From Acidimicrobiia bacterium (GTDB lineage: Bacteria > Actinomycetota > Acidimicrobiia > Spongiisociales > ZC4RG35): a stretch of 64,000 nucleotides of DNA. Under the pieces are notes generated by a model, which had not been told where the DNA came from, searched no databases, and saw only the letters and a program-made list of their open reading frames with translations. This document shows positions 19,003 through 27,352 of the stretch, one piece after another. The translations under genes and the position numbers were made by a program. Numbering within the stretch: the first letter of the stretch is position 1; each line of letters begins with the position of its first letter. The stretch is from positions 102,300-166,299 of the forward strand of contig DATDPP010000079.1 in the NCBI GenBank assembly GCA_035292685.1, read 5' to 3'.

Positions 19003-20208
19003 TCAGGTCGGCGGCAAGAGCAAGGTCACCCCAAACAGGCCGACGTCGTCTCCACCTCGATCCCAACCCCCTCTGATCGTGGCGCGGCAGCTGGCGAAAC
19101 CGGTCTGTTCGATGCTGTCGGCAATCCGATCATCGAAGCGCAGCTCGCCTTCACCGAGAAACCCGACCTGGAAGTCATCGATCCACACCTCCACGCCCTC
19201 ACCCTCTATGGGAACCAGATCCGCCACAGTCTCGACCTCCACACCACCAAACCGGCGTCGCCCTCCGGTCAATCGAAGAAGCTCGTCCTGGTGGAAGGAC
19301 TCTCCGACGACCGCCACCGCCTCTTCTCCTTCGAGAGTGACCATCTGCCGGTGACCCACGTGACCCCGCATCCGGCTGCGGGCAGTACTTGGGCTTGGGA
19401 TGCCGAGATGGCGCAGAAGACGCCTGCTGCCTCCCCCCATCCGGCAGGCGAAGCAATACCAGCGACAACCGACGGCGTCGATGTGCAGAGACGGATGATG
19501 ATCGTCGTGGAACGGACACAGGTAATAGGAGTCACCTGGAGCCACATCGACTCCGGCCCGCAGCCACAGGTCGCGGAATTCCTCCTGTTCGAGTGCGGTG
19601 CGGGCCAGCCGCTCGGCCTGCGCGTGCTGCCCGCCACCCGGGCCCACGGCGATTCGGCTCACCCACTCAGGCAGGGGAGCCGGTTCCTGCACGGGCTCGA
19701 GCCAGCGGTACGTCTCTCCGGAGTAGTGCCGGCTGGGTGGGGCGACGATCAACCCTCTCTCCGCCTTGAGCTCCAACCCGGCCCCCAACTCGACTGAAGG
19801 AATGTCCTCCTGTTCGATGGTGAACCAGATATGCCGTCCACCGCCACCGGTGCGACTCTCCAGGGTCAGGGGCAGCGGACCCGAGATGGCCTCCAGCTCG
19901 TCGAGGGTGGCGTCTCCTTCGTGGCGCGGGTCCACGTCGATGACCGCCACCCCGGAGACAGCCCCGGTCGCAACACCGACGTTGGCATCCGGCCAGCGCT
20001 CCCACCATTGCCCGACCTGGTCGGCTCCCGGCGCCGTGGTCATCGCCTCTTCCCATTTGACCCGAGGATGCTTCCCCGGTGACGGGCAATCAACTCGCCG
20101 ACAGCTGCATCCGTTTCGACGCATGGAGTGCATCGGGATCACCGACCAGCCACGCCGGAAATAGGATATTGCGGATTCGGCGTTGGGCGGTCGTGGTTGG
20201 GTGGTCAT
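19003..20208 (-). CDS. bifunctional primase-polymerase (AEP/Prim-Pol) fused to a CHC2 zinc finger and a HIRAN-like C-terminal domain
   Basis: Prim-Pol motifs VAVIDVDPRHEG, GGGGRHIWF and IVAPPSRH. CHC2 finger CPFHDDHHPSLHIDAVGCRWYCFACRMGG. The C-terminal VAVVGESFHQDELLRL...VGFL pattern is HIRAN-like. Confidence 0.8.
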   Translation of the reverse strand: MTTQPRPPNAESAISYFRRGWSVIPMHSMRRNGCSCRRVDCPSPGKHPRVKWEEAMTTAPGADQVGQWWERWPDANVGVATGAVSGVAVIDVDPRHEGDATLDELEAISGPLPLTLESRTGGGGRHIWFTIEQEDIPSVELGAGLELKAERGLIVAPPSRHYSGETYRWLEPVQEPAPLPEWVSRIAVGPGGGQHAQAERLARTALEQEEFRDLWLRAGVDVAPGDSYYLCPFHDDHHPSLHIDAVGCRWYCFACRMGGGSRRLLRHLGIPSPSTARSRMRGHVGHRQMVTLEGEEAVAVVGESFHQDELLRLTGGRRRFGGVEVETVADLVPIEGEGVEVWIDDFQVGFLGEGELRFDDRIADSIEQTGFASCRATIRGGWDRGGDDVGLFGVTLLLPPT

Positions 20209-20226
20209 GCGCCCGCCCCTCGGCCC

Positions 20227-21369
20227 TCACCAAGTTGGAAAGCGAAGCGTGGCGGCGACCAGATCATGGGCGAGGCTGGTTGGGGCGAAGACGTGCTCAA
20301 CCGATCCGCCGGCGTCGACCACCGACCGGGAAATCGTCTCGAGTAGCTCGGGAACGCCTACCGCCTCACCTCCACATCCGGTACAAACCGTGACAGCCAG
20401 GGAAAGCGCCCCACAGTTGTTGCACAGTGATCCTCCGAGTGACGCCCCGTCATGCACGAGAAGGCGGGACACCGCATGCCGGTTCACTGCCCTCAACACC
20501 CACTCGATGCCGACGACGGCCAGGTCTCCTTCGGCGGCAGCCGCATATGTCTGCTCGACCTCACCAGCCTCCTCCCTACGTTCGAAGGCCTCTTCGAGCT
20601 CAGCTACCTTCGCGGCGAGAATGGCCGGCGTGAGCGTGTTCATGTCGATCACGAACGTCTCCGTCATCGCCCGCACCGTCTTGTCGAGGAATGGAAGCAG
20701 TGCCCGTGTGATCTCGTCCTGGCCTCCCACGAGGACCAGGTCGAGACCGGTATCCCGGCGCAGACGGTTGAGGTGCTCGGCGACCTCCCGGAACAGGTGG
20801 TTGCGGGCCTCTTCGGCATGCTGTCGATGCCGTCGCTCCTCCAACCCGTGCCAGCCGGCCAGATCGGACTTCCTCAATTCCTCGCCCTCGATGAGCTCTC
20901 TATCGACGCCCTCGCCCATGTAGAAGGTGGCGATTTCGGCGTCCCGGCCGTCCAGAACCACTGCGGCCACCTTTCGGTACTCGTCGAGCAAGGCCTGGAG
21001 CGGACGCAGATACGGCTGTGGCCCGGCAACGGCGCAGTCCCACACCCTTCTGGGCATGGTCATGTGTTCCTCGAGCCGGAGCCGGTCACAGACAAACACT
21101 GCCACCCCGTGGCCCAGTTCCTTCACGAACTCGGGTGTCATCTCGAGCACCCGGTTGACGCCGTTGCGAAGCGACATCGACGACTCGTGATCCAGGTCAC
21201 CCGAGGCGGCAAGCTTCTCGATCGGGTCGAGCAGATCACGGAGGCGGGCGCCGATCGAACGCCTCTCGATTCGGTCCGGCGCCAGGTTGAGATACACGGA
21301 CAGAATCGGAAGCGATGGGCTCTCGACGAGCCGCAACCGATCCATCGCCTCCTGCAACTGATAGGCCAC
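20227..21369 (-). CDS. bacterial archaeo-eukaryotic release factor-like protein (eRF1/Pelota fold, baeRF1 family) with a zinc-ribbon insert
   Basis: KSDLAGWHGLEERRHRQHAEEARNHLFREVAE aligns by eye to the eRF1 GGQ region ([28 protein letters not shown]). LVLVGGQDE central-domain pattern. C-terminal CNNCG...CTGCGG ribbon. Confidence 0.7.
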   Translation of the reverse strand: MAYQLQEAMDRLRLVESPSLPILSVYLNLAPDRIERRSIGARLRDLLDPIEKLAASGDLDHESSMSLRNGVNRVLEMTPEFVKELGHGVAVFVCDRLRLEEHMTMPRRVWDCAVAGPQPYLRPLQALLDEYRKVAAVVLDGRDAEIATFYMGEGVDRELIEGEELRKSDLAGWHGLEERRHRQHAEEARNHLFREVAEHLNRLRRDTGLDLVLVGGQDEITRALLPFLDKTVRAMTETFVIDMNTLTPAILAAKVAELEEAFERREEAGEVEQTYAAAAEGDLAVVGIEWVLRAVNRHAVSRLLVHDGASLGGSLCNNCGALSLAVTVCTGCGGEAVGVPELLETISRSVVDAGGSVEHVFAPTSLAHDLVAATLRFPTW

Positions 21370-21551
21370 TTCCTACCTTCCTTCGTGGCGAACGGAAGAG
21401 GCTCCACCATGAACGTAAGGCGATCCGGGGGCCTCGGGAAGGGCCGTTGGTCACTACTTGAATGACTCGGGTTGGCTGATCCGACTCTCCGACGATGGGT
21501 AGCCTGCCCGCGCTAGGGAGGGCGTCCGGACAGGAATCAGAGGAGCCCCAG

Positions 21552-22304
21552 ATGAGTGAATTCGCGGGACTGCGGGCCGCGGTCACCGGCGGTGCGAGCG
21601 GGATCGGGGCCGCCACGACGCGCCTGCTGGCAGAGCGCGGCGCCAGGGTGGCGGTGCTGGACATCCAGGCACCGGCGGAATTGGTGCCCCAATCGATATC
21701 GATCACGTGCGACGTCACGAGCACTGCTGGAGTTGCCGCGGCCATGCACATCATCGAGACAGACTTTGGGGGGCTTGACGTCCTGGTCAACAACGCCGGC
21801 ATGGGGGCCCGGGGCGACGTCACCGCTCAGGATGCCGACACCTGGCACCACCTCCTCGACGTCAATGTGGTTGGCATGGCGCGAGTGACCTCGGCTGCGC
21901 TTCCGATGCTCCGCCGGTCGGCGCACGCCGCCATCGTCAACACCTGCTCCGCGGTCGCCGTGCTCGGAGTCCCCGACCGAGCGCTCTATGCAGCCAGTAA
22001 GGGTGCCGTCCTCTCCCTCACGCTGGCCATGGCCGCCGATCACATCGGCGAGGGGATCCGGGTCAACGCGGTGGCCCCCGGCACCACCGATACCCCCTGG
22101 GTCCAGAGATTCCTCGCCGCCGCCGACGACCCGGTTGCCGTCATAGAGGAGCTTCGCCGCCGTCAGCCGTTGGGCCGGCTGGTGACGGCCGACGAGGTCG
22201 CCCACGCCATCGCCTATCTCGCCAGCCCTCTTTCCGGCTCAACTACCGGCTCCATCCTGGGTGTGGACGGCGGGATGGTGACGTTGCGCATCCCCTCGCC
22301 TTGA
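21552..22304 (+). CDS. SDR-family oxidoreductase
   Basis: AAVTGGASGIGAAT Rossmann motif, NNAG, YAASKGAV catalytic motif. ATG 21552 follows AGAGGAG. Confidence 0.85.
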   Translation: MSEFAGLRAAVTGGASGIGAATTRLLAERGARVAVLDIQAPAELVPQSISITCDVTSTAGVAAAMHIIETDFGGLDVLVNNAGMGARGDVTAQDADTWHHLLDVNVVGMARVTSAALPMLRRSAHAAIVNTCSAVAVLGVPDRALYAASKGAVLSLTLAMAADHIGEGIRVNAVAPGTTDTPWVQRFLAAADDPVAVIEELRRRQPLGRLVTADEVAHAIAYLASPLSGSTTGSILGVDGGMVTLRIPSP

Positions 22305-22328
22305 GCGGGCCGATCTAGGGTCCCATCC

Positions 22329-22976
22329 ATGACTATGACTCCCCAGCGTTGGGACTTCCTTGAGAGCTATTCGCGCGAAGTTTTTGGCGACGAGGACGAC
22401 CACCTCGCAGGGCTGATGAACGAGGCAGTGGCGGCCGGCATCCCCGACATCGCGGTGAGCGCCGATGTCGGGCGACTTCTCAAGATCCTGACCTCGATGA
22501 CCCGGGGCCTACTTGCCGTCGAAGTCGGGACTCTGGCCGGTTACTCAGGGATCTGGATCACACGAGGCCTGAGACCAGACGGCCGACTGATCACCATCGA
22601 ACCCGAGCCCAGGCACGCCGCCTTCGCCCGGGAGCAATTCGAGCGGGCCGGGATCGCCGACCGGGTTGAGATACGTCCCGGGAACGGGATCGAGGTACTC
22701 ACGGCTCTCGCAACCGAGTTGGAACCGGGCACTGTCGACATGCTTCTTCTCGACGCGTTGAAGCACGAGTACCCCGACTACTTCCGGATCGCCCGGCCGT
22801 TGATCGCGGCTGGGGGCCTGGTTCTCGCCGACAACGTGTACGGCACCAGTTCCGGCTGGATAGACCAGGGTCACGGGACCGATGTCTTCAACCGGCTGAT
22901 CAGCGCCGACCCTGGCTTCGAAGCGGTGGCGGTGCCTCTGCGCCAGGGTGTCTTGATCGCCCGTCGTCTCAGCTGA
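22329..22976 (+). CDS. class I SAM-dependent O-methyltransferase (caffeoyl-CoA OMT-like)
   Basis: AVEVGTLAGYSGIWI and DMLLLDALKHEYPDYF resemble the Methyltransf_3 family. Confidence 0.8.
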   Translation: MTMTPQRWDFLESYSREVFGDEDDHLAGLMNEAVAAGIPDIAVSADVGRLLKILTSMTRGLLAVEVGTLAGYSGIWITRGLRPDGRLITIEPEPRHAAFAREQFERAGIADRVEIRPGNGIEVLTALATELEPGTVDMLLLDALKHEYPDYFRIARPLIAAGGLVLADNVYGTSSGWIDQGHGTDVFNRLISADPGFEAVAVPLRQGVLIARRLS

Positions 22977-24264
22977 GCAGCCGTATGGCCTGACCCCGAT
23001 CCGGTTTGCCGAGATCCGTCGTCGGGAGCACCTTGACCCGCAGCCAGCGTTTGGGGATCAGGCTCCCTCCCAGACGTTTCCTGAGCCGGGACTCGACAAC
23101 CGCCGGCTCGAGGTCACCCACGTAGAGGCAGGCCACTTCCATCCCCCATTCCTCACTGGGGACACCAACCACCAATACGGCCTCGACACCGGCGATGGCC
23201 ATCAGGGATGTCTCGATCAATTCGGGATCGATGTTCTCGCCGCCGCTCACGATCACATTGTCGGCACGGCCCAGGACCCGCAGAGCACCACCAGAGTCCA
23301 GTTCCCCAAGATCACCGGTGACAAACCAGCTGCCTGGTTCTCGGTCCGGCTCCCCGAGGTACCCACTCGAAACCATCGGCCCCCGGACCGCGATTCTCTT
23401 GTCCGGCTCGATGCGCAACTCGACGCCAGGCAGGGGGTGGACCTTTCGCTCCACTGCCGAGCCGGGCCTGAGCGTGGCAATCTGACCACAAGTCTCGCTC
23501 ATCCCGTAACTGGGGAGCACTGGCAGACCCGCCTCGGATGCACGTTCCAACAACCTGTCAGGTATCGGGCCACCACCGACGAGAACTGCCCGCACGCCTC
23601 GATATGGGCCGGGGTTGATATCGAGAATCCGCTGAAGCATGGTCGGCACCACCGAGGCGAAGGTCACTCCGCTCCGCAAGGCGGCGGCAAACTCGACGGG
23701 GTCGAATCTGGAGAGCATGCGCACGGTTCCACCGGCAAAGACGGAGCGGAGGACGATGGCGATTCCCCCAACCCGGTGCAGCGCCATGGCCAACAGCCAC
23801 ACATCCTTGCGATCGTTGCCAAGATGCTGCTGCGAGGCTTTGACCGCCGCCTCCCAATTCTCTCGTGTCAGCCGCACGCCCTTGGTAGTGCCGGTCGTTC
23901 CCGAGGTGAAGACCACCACTGCCGCCCCATCTTGCTCGATGCCAACGGGCACCTCCACATCCGGGCCGGCCAGGACCGCGGTACCCCTTGACATCACCGC
24001 AAGGATGTCAACGACCGAGGCGGCTGCGAAACCGGGACGGAGCAATTCGACCCCAGCCACCGGCCGGTTGTGAACGGAATCGAGGATCTCGCCATACGTG
24101 CGCGATCCGGAAGGAGTCTCCAGAAAGACCCGATCCGGGTCATGACGGGTCAGCCAATCGATCACGGGACGATTGTGCCTCTTATCCTGCCAGTCTGTGG
24201 TTTCCGAGATCTTCGACCAAGCCGCCTGGAACCCGGTCCCTGGCTTCGACATGACCGATATCAC
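22969..24264 (-). CDS. menE: o-succinylbenzoate-CoA ligase / AMP-dependent synthetase
   Basis: FTSGTTGTTKGV AMP-binding motif, GYLGEP, TGDLGELD. Adjacent to menB and menA. The start is uncertain: the ORF start at 24264 and an ATG at 24252 overlap menB, and GTG 24165 is an alternative. Confidence 0.75.
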   Translation of the reverse strand: MISVMSKPGTGFQAAWSKISETTDWQDKRHNRPVIDWLTRHDPDRVFLETPSGSRTYGEILDSVHNRPVAGVELLRPGFAAASVVDILAVMSRGTAVLAGPDVEVPVGIEQDGAAVVVFTSGTTGTTKGVRLTRENWEAAVKASQQHLGNDRKDVWLLAMALHRVGGIAIVLRSVFAGGTVRMLSRFDPVEFAAALRSGVTFASVVPTMLQRILDINPGPYRGVRAVLVGGGPIPDRLLERASEAGLPVLPSYGMSETCGQIATLRPGSAVERKVHPLPGVELRIEPDKRIAVRGPMVSSGYLGEPDREPGSWFVTGDLGELDSGGALRVLGRADNVIVSGGENIDPELIETSLMAIAGVEAVLVVGVPSEEWGMEVACLYVGDLEPAVVESRLRKRLGGSLIPKRWLRVKVLPTTDLGKPDRGQAIRLLS

Positions 24265-25096
24265 CTATCACCGTGCCAAGAGCGCCGGGGTGGTCCGGAT
24301 CGCTTTCAACCGCCCGGAAGTCCGCAACGCCTTCCGCCCGCACACGGTCGACGAGCTATTCGCCACCCTCGACCATGCACGTCAAAGCACCGATGTCGGG
24401 TGTGTCCTGCTCACCGGGAACGGGCCGTCGCCGAAGGACGGGGGCTGGGCCTTCTCCTCGGGCGGGGACCAGCGCATCAGGGGGGCGGATGGATACAAAT
24501 ATGCCGAAGGGGAGGAAGAAGAGACGGTCGATCCGGCCCGGGTGGGAAGACTTCACATCCTCGAGGTGCAAAGGCTGATCAGGTTCATGCCCAAGGTGGT
24601 GATCGCCGTGGTCCCGGGTTGGGCGGTCGGTGGGGGGCACAGCCTTCACGTGGTCTGTGACCTGACCATTGCCTCGGAGGAGCACGCCGTCTTCAAGCAG
24701 ACGGATGCCGACGTCGCTTCCTTCGATGCCGGGTATGGATCGGCGTATCTGGCCCGTCAGGTGGGCCAGAAGCGAGCCCGGGAGATCTTCTTCCTGGGCC
24801 GGAGCTATTCAGCCCGGGAGGCCTATGAGATGGGGATGGTGAACGCGGTGGTCCCCCACGCCGACCTTGAGAAGGTGGCTTTGGATTGGGGAGTCGAGAT
24901 CACCCGTAAGAGCCCCACCTCCCAGCGGATGCTCAAGTTCGCCTTCAACCTGATCGACGACGGACTGGTGGGCCAGCAGATCTTCGCCGGCGAGGCCACC
25001 AGGCTGGGATACATGACCGACGAGGCCCGAGAAGGTCGGGATGCCTTCCTCGACAAGCGCGACCCGGACTTTGGCCAATACCCCTGGCACTTCTGA
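24173..25096 (+). CDS. menB: 1,4-dihydroxy-2-naphthoyl-CoA synthase
   Basis: DITYHRAKSAGVVRIAFNRPEVRNAFRPHTVDEL...GNGPSPKDGGWAFSSGGDQR is near-canonical MenB. The conserved N-terminal extension FDQAAWNPVPGFD argues for a start upstream of ATG 24251 (TTG 24173 or GTG 24197). Confidence 0.92.
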   Translation: MCLLSCQSVVSEIFDQAAWNPVPGFDMTDITYHRAKSAGVVRIAFNRPEVRNAFRPHTVDELFATLDHARQSTDVGCVLLTGNGPSPKDGGWAFSSGGDQRIRGADGYKYAEGEEEETVDPARVGRLHILEVQRLIRFMPKVVIAVVPGWAVGGGHSLHVVCDLTIASEEHAVFKQTDADVASFDAGYGSAYLARQVGQKRAREIFFLGRSYSAREAYEMGMVNAVVPHADLEKVALDWGVEITRKSPTSQRMLKFAFNLIDDGLVGQQIFAGEATRLGYMTDEAREGRDAFLDKRDPDFGQYPWHF

Positions 25097-25100
25097 CGCT

Positions 25101-25979
25101 TTGACCCGGTTCGAGGCGTGGAAGACGGCGGCCCGGGTCCATACCCTCCCCGCTGCCGTGGTGCCGGTCCTGGTGGGGGCAGGTCTGGCCCTGGGCCAGG
25201 AGGTGTTTCGCCTGGACGCCTTCACCCTGGCCCTGGTGGGTGCGGTGGCCATACAGGTGGCGGCCAACTTCGCCAACGATGTCTCGGACGCCAAACGGGG
25301 CGTCGATAGCACCGACCGACTCGGCCCTCCCCGCATGGTGGCTCTCGGTGTGCTCACGCCCAGAGAGATGTGGACCGGAGTGGTGGTCGCGATCCTGATT
25401 GCAGCTGTTGCCGGCATCGGTCTGGCGTATATCGCCGGGCCGTTGATCCTGATCGTCGGTGTCGTCTCGATCATCGCCATGCTGGGTTATGTCGGCGGGC
25501 CGTCCCCGTACGGATACCGCGGGCTCGGCGAGATATTCGTGTTCGTCTTCTTCGGGCTGGTGGCCACCGTGTGCAGCCGGTATGTGCACGACATGACCGC
25601 CCCGGCCGCGGCCTGGCTGCTGGCGATCCCGGTGGGGATGCTGGTCACGGCGATCCTCGTCGCCAACAACTACCGGGACCTCGACACCGACCGCGAGACC
25701 GGCAAACGAACGCTGGCGGTCATCCTGGGACGGGAGAAGACCAGGTGGCTCTATGCGACGCTGATCTATGGCGCCTTTGTGCTGATCGTGGTCTTCGCCG
25801 TCGCCGGATGGACCCCTCTCCCCACTCTCTTCGCAGCGATGCTCGCTCCCTACGCCGTCGGCCCGGTGCGGACACTGTGGCAGCACAGTGACGGCCCCTC
25901 CCTGATCCGAGCCCTGGTCATGAACAGCAGACTGCACCTCTGGACCGGAATCGTCCTGGCCGCCGGAGCTGCGCTATGA
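25101..25979 (+). CDS. menA: 1,4-dihydroxy-2-naphthoate polyprenyltransferase
   Basis: UbiA-family polytopic protein (NFANDVSDAKRG, NNYRDLDTDRETGKRTLAV). TTG 25101 lies 5 nt after the menB stop, in frame with ORF 25041..25979. Confidence 0.85.
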   Translation: MTRFEAWKTAARVHTLPAAVVPVLVGAGLALGQEVFRLDAFTLALVGAVAIQVAANFANDVSDAKRGVDSTDRLGPPRMVALGVLTPREMWTGVVVAILIAAVAGIGLAYIAGPLILIVGVVSIIAMLGYVGGPSPYGYRGLGEIFVFVFFGLVATVCSRYVHDMTAPAAAWLLAIPVGMLVTAILVANNYRDLDTDRETGKRTLAVILGREKTRWLYATLIYGAFVLIVVFAVAGWTPLPTLFAAMLAPYAVGPVRTLWQHSDGPSLIRALVMNSRLHLWTGIVLAAGAAL

Positions 25980-26033
25980 CCACGCGGTTGGTTTTGGAGG
26001 AACCGGTGAGAACCGGGGTAACGTCGAGCCACC

Positions 26034-26453
26034 ATGAGAAAAACACTTGTCTTAGCCGCCGTCCTGGGTCTGATTCTTGCCGCCTGTGCCGATGGTGACG
26101 AAGCCTCATCCGACCCGACCGGAACTGCCTGGGTGTTGGAGTCCGGGACTCTGGACGGCGCTGCGGTTCCCATCGTTGACGGCAGCCCGATCACGCTGAC
26201 CTTCGAAGAAGATGCGATCGCGGGCACGGCCGCCTGCAACTCGTACTTTGGCAGCTACACCATCTCCGGAAGCGAGATCAGCTTCTCCGGCATTGGCTCG
26301 ACCATGATGGCGTGCTCCCCAGACGAGGTGATGGAGTCTGAGTCGAAATACCTTCAGGCCCTCGCCCTGGTCGATGCATTCACCGCGACTGAAGACTCCT
26401 TGACCCTGACCGGCAACGGTGTCGAGCTCGTCTTCGCAGTTGACGGCGCCTGA
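26034..26453 (+). CDS. META-domain (HslJ-like) lipoprotein
   Basis: Lipobox LILAAC; WVLES...ITLTFEEDAIAGTAACNSYFGSYTISGSEISF...TMMAC pattern. Confidence 0.8.
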   Translation: MRKTLVLAAVLGLILAACADGDEASSDPTGTAWVLESGTLDGAAVPIVDGSPITLTFEEDAIAGTAACNSYFGSYTISGSEISFSGIGSTMMACSPDEVMESESKYLQALALVDAFTATEDSLTLTGNGVELVFAVDGA

Positions 26454-26517
26454 GCCCGATCCGAACGAGACTGGCGGCCTCGAGTGCAGAGGGCTGATCG
26501 CGGGTGGTCAAGACGAA

Positions 26518-26546
26518 GGAGCCCCCCGGAGATTCCGGGGGGCTCC
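26518..26546. terminator. strong bidirectional stem-loop (GGAGCCCCCCGGA-gat-TCCGGGGGGCTCC)
   Basis: Perfect 13-nt inverted repeat between the convergent META and RRM genes. Confidence 0.7.
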
Positions 26547-26593
26547 CTTGGTGTACTGAGGGTTCGACGGCGTCTGCCGCCACCCACAATGGG

Positions 26594-26854
26594 TTATCGG
26601 GACCGCTCTTTGGCCAGGTTCACGGTGAGCTGACGCCCTCCCATGTCCTTACCGTTCAACGAGGAGATCGCGTTCTGCGCTTCCTCGGCGGAATCCATTT
26701 CGACGAACCCGAAGCCGCGGGACCGGCCGGTGTCGCGGTCATTGATGACCTGCGCCTTGGTCACACGACCGTGGGGCGCGAACAGCGACTCCAATTCCGC
26801 GGAGTCGGTGGAGAACGAGAGGTTCCCCACATAGAGGTTGGTGGACATTGACAT
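26594..26854 (-). CDS. RRM-type RNA-binding protein
   Basis: RNP2 LYVGNL and RNP1 RGFGFVEM motifs; 86 aa. Confidence 0.9.
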   Translation of the reverse strand: MSMSTNLYVGNLSFSTDSAELESLFAPHGRVTKAQVINDRDTGRSRGFGFVEMDSAEEAQNAISSLNGKDMGGRQLTVNLAKERSR

Positions 26855-27352
26855 GCTCCTTCCGAAGCTCGAACCGTCGAAGTACTTGACGCCCCACAGC
26901 TCGCCTGACCAAGAATCACCTTCGATTGGAACGGAGGGTCTGAGTAGGCACCTGTGGCGACTTCACCCGACGGTACGAAGGAGCGAAGAACGGCGCAGCA
27001 CGCATCCAGGCGTGCGCTGTGGCCTCAATGGTAACCGTTTTGCCCCGCTAATCCGAGCCCGCCAGCGGTATTGGAGGCACCGACACGCCGGAGCGGTTCC
27101 CGCGTAACCACCCCGCGGCGTTAAGGTGTTCAATGGGTATCGCACCACCAAGGCTCGTAGGGCCGGCCCTCGACCGACCAGGTTTGGACCGGATAGGTAA
27201 TCCGGTCCCGCGCTCTCTCGGAGTCTTCGCTCGGATGAATCCCGGTGAGTCAGCCTTACCCGCGACCAGAGGATCGACATGACACCATCTCCCAATTCTC
27301 AGGCCCCCTCGCCGATTCGGCAGCCGAACGTCGCCAAGACGGCGGTGTCCTG

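Noticed and set aside
26855-27352. Possible RNase P RNA, tmRNA, SRP RNA or cobalamin riboswitch in the ORF-free region
   Set aside because: I could not find the conserved cores on either strand: GAGGAAAGTCCGGGC and ACAGAACCCGGCTTA for RNase P, the tmRNA tRNA-like ends and tag ORF, the SRP GGAAGCAGCC motif, or the B12 box. The region is kept only as an unexplained structured region.
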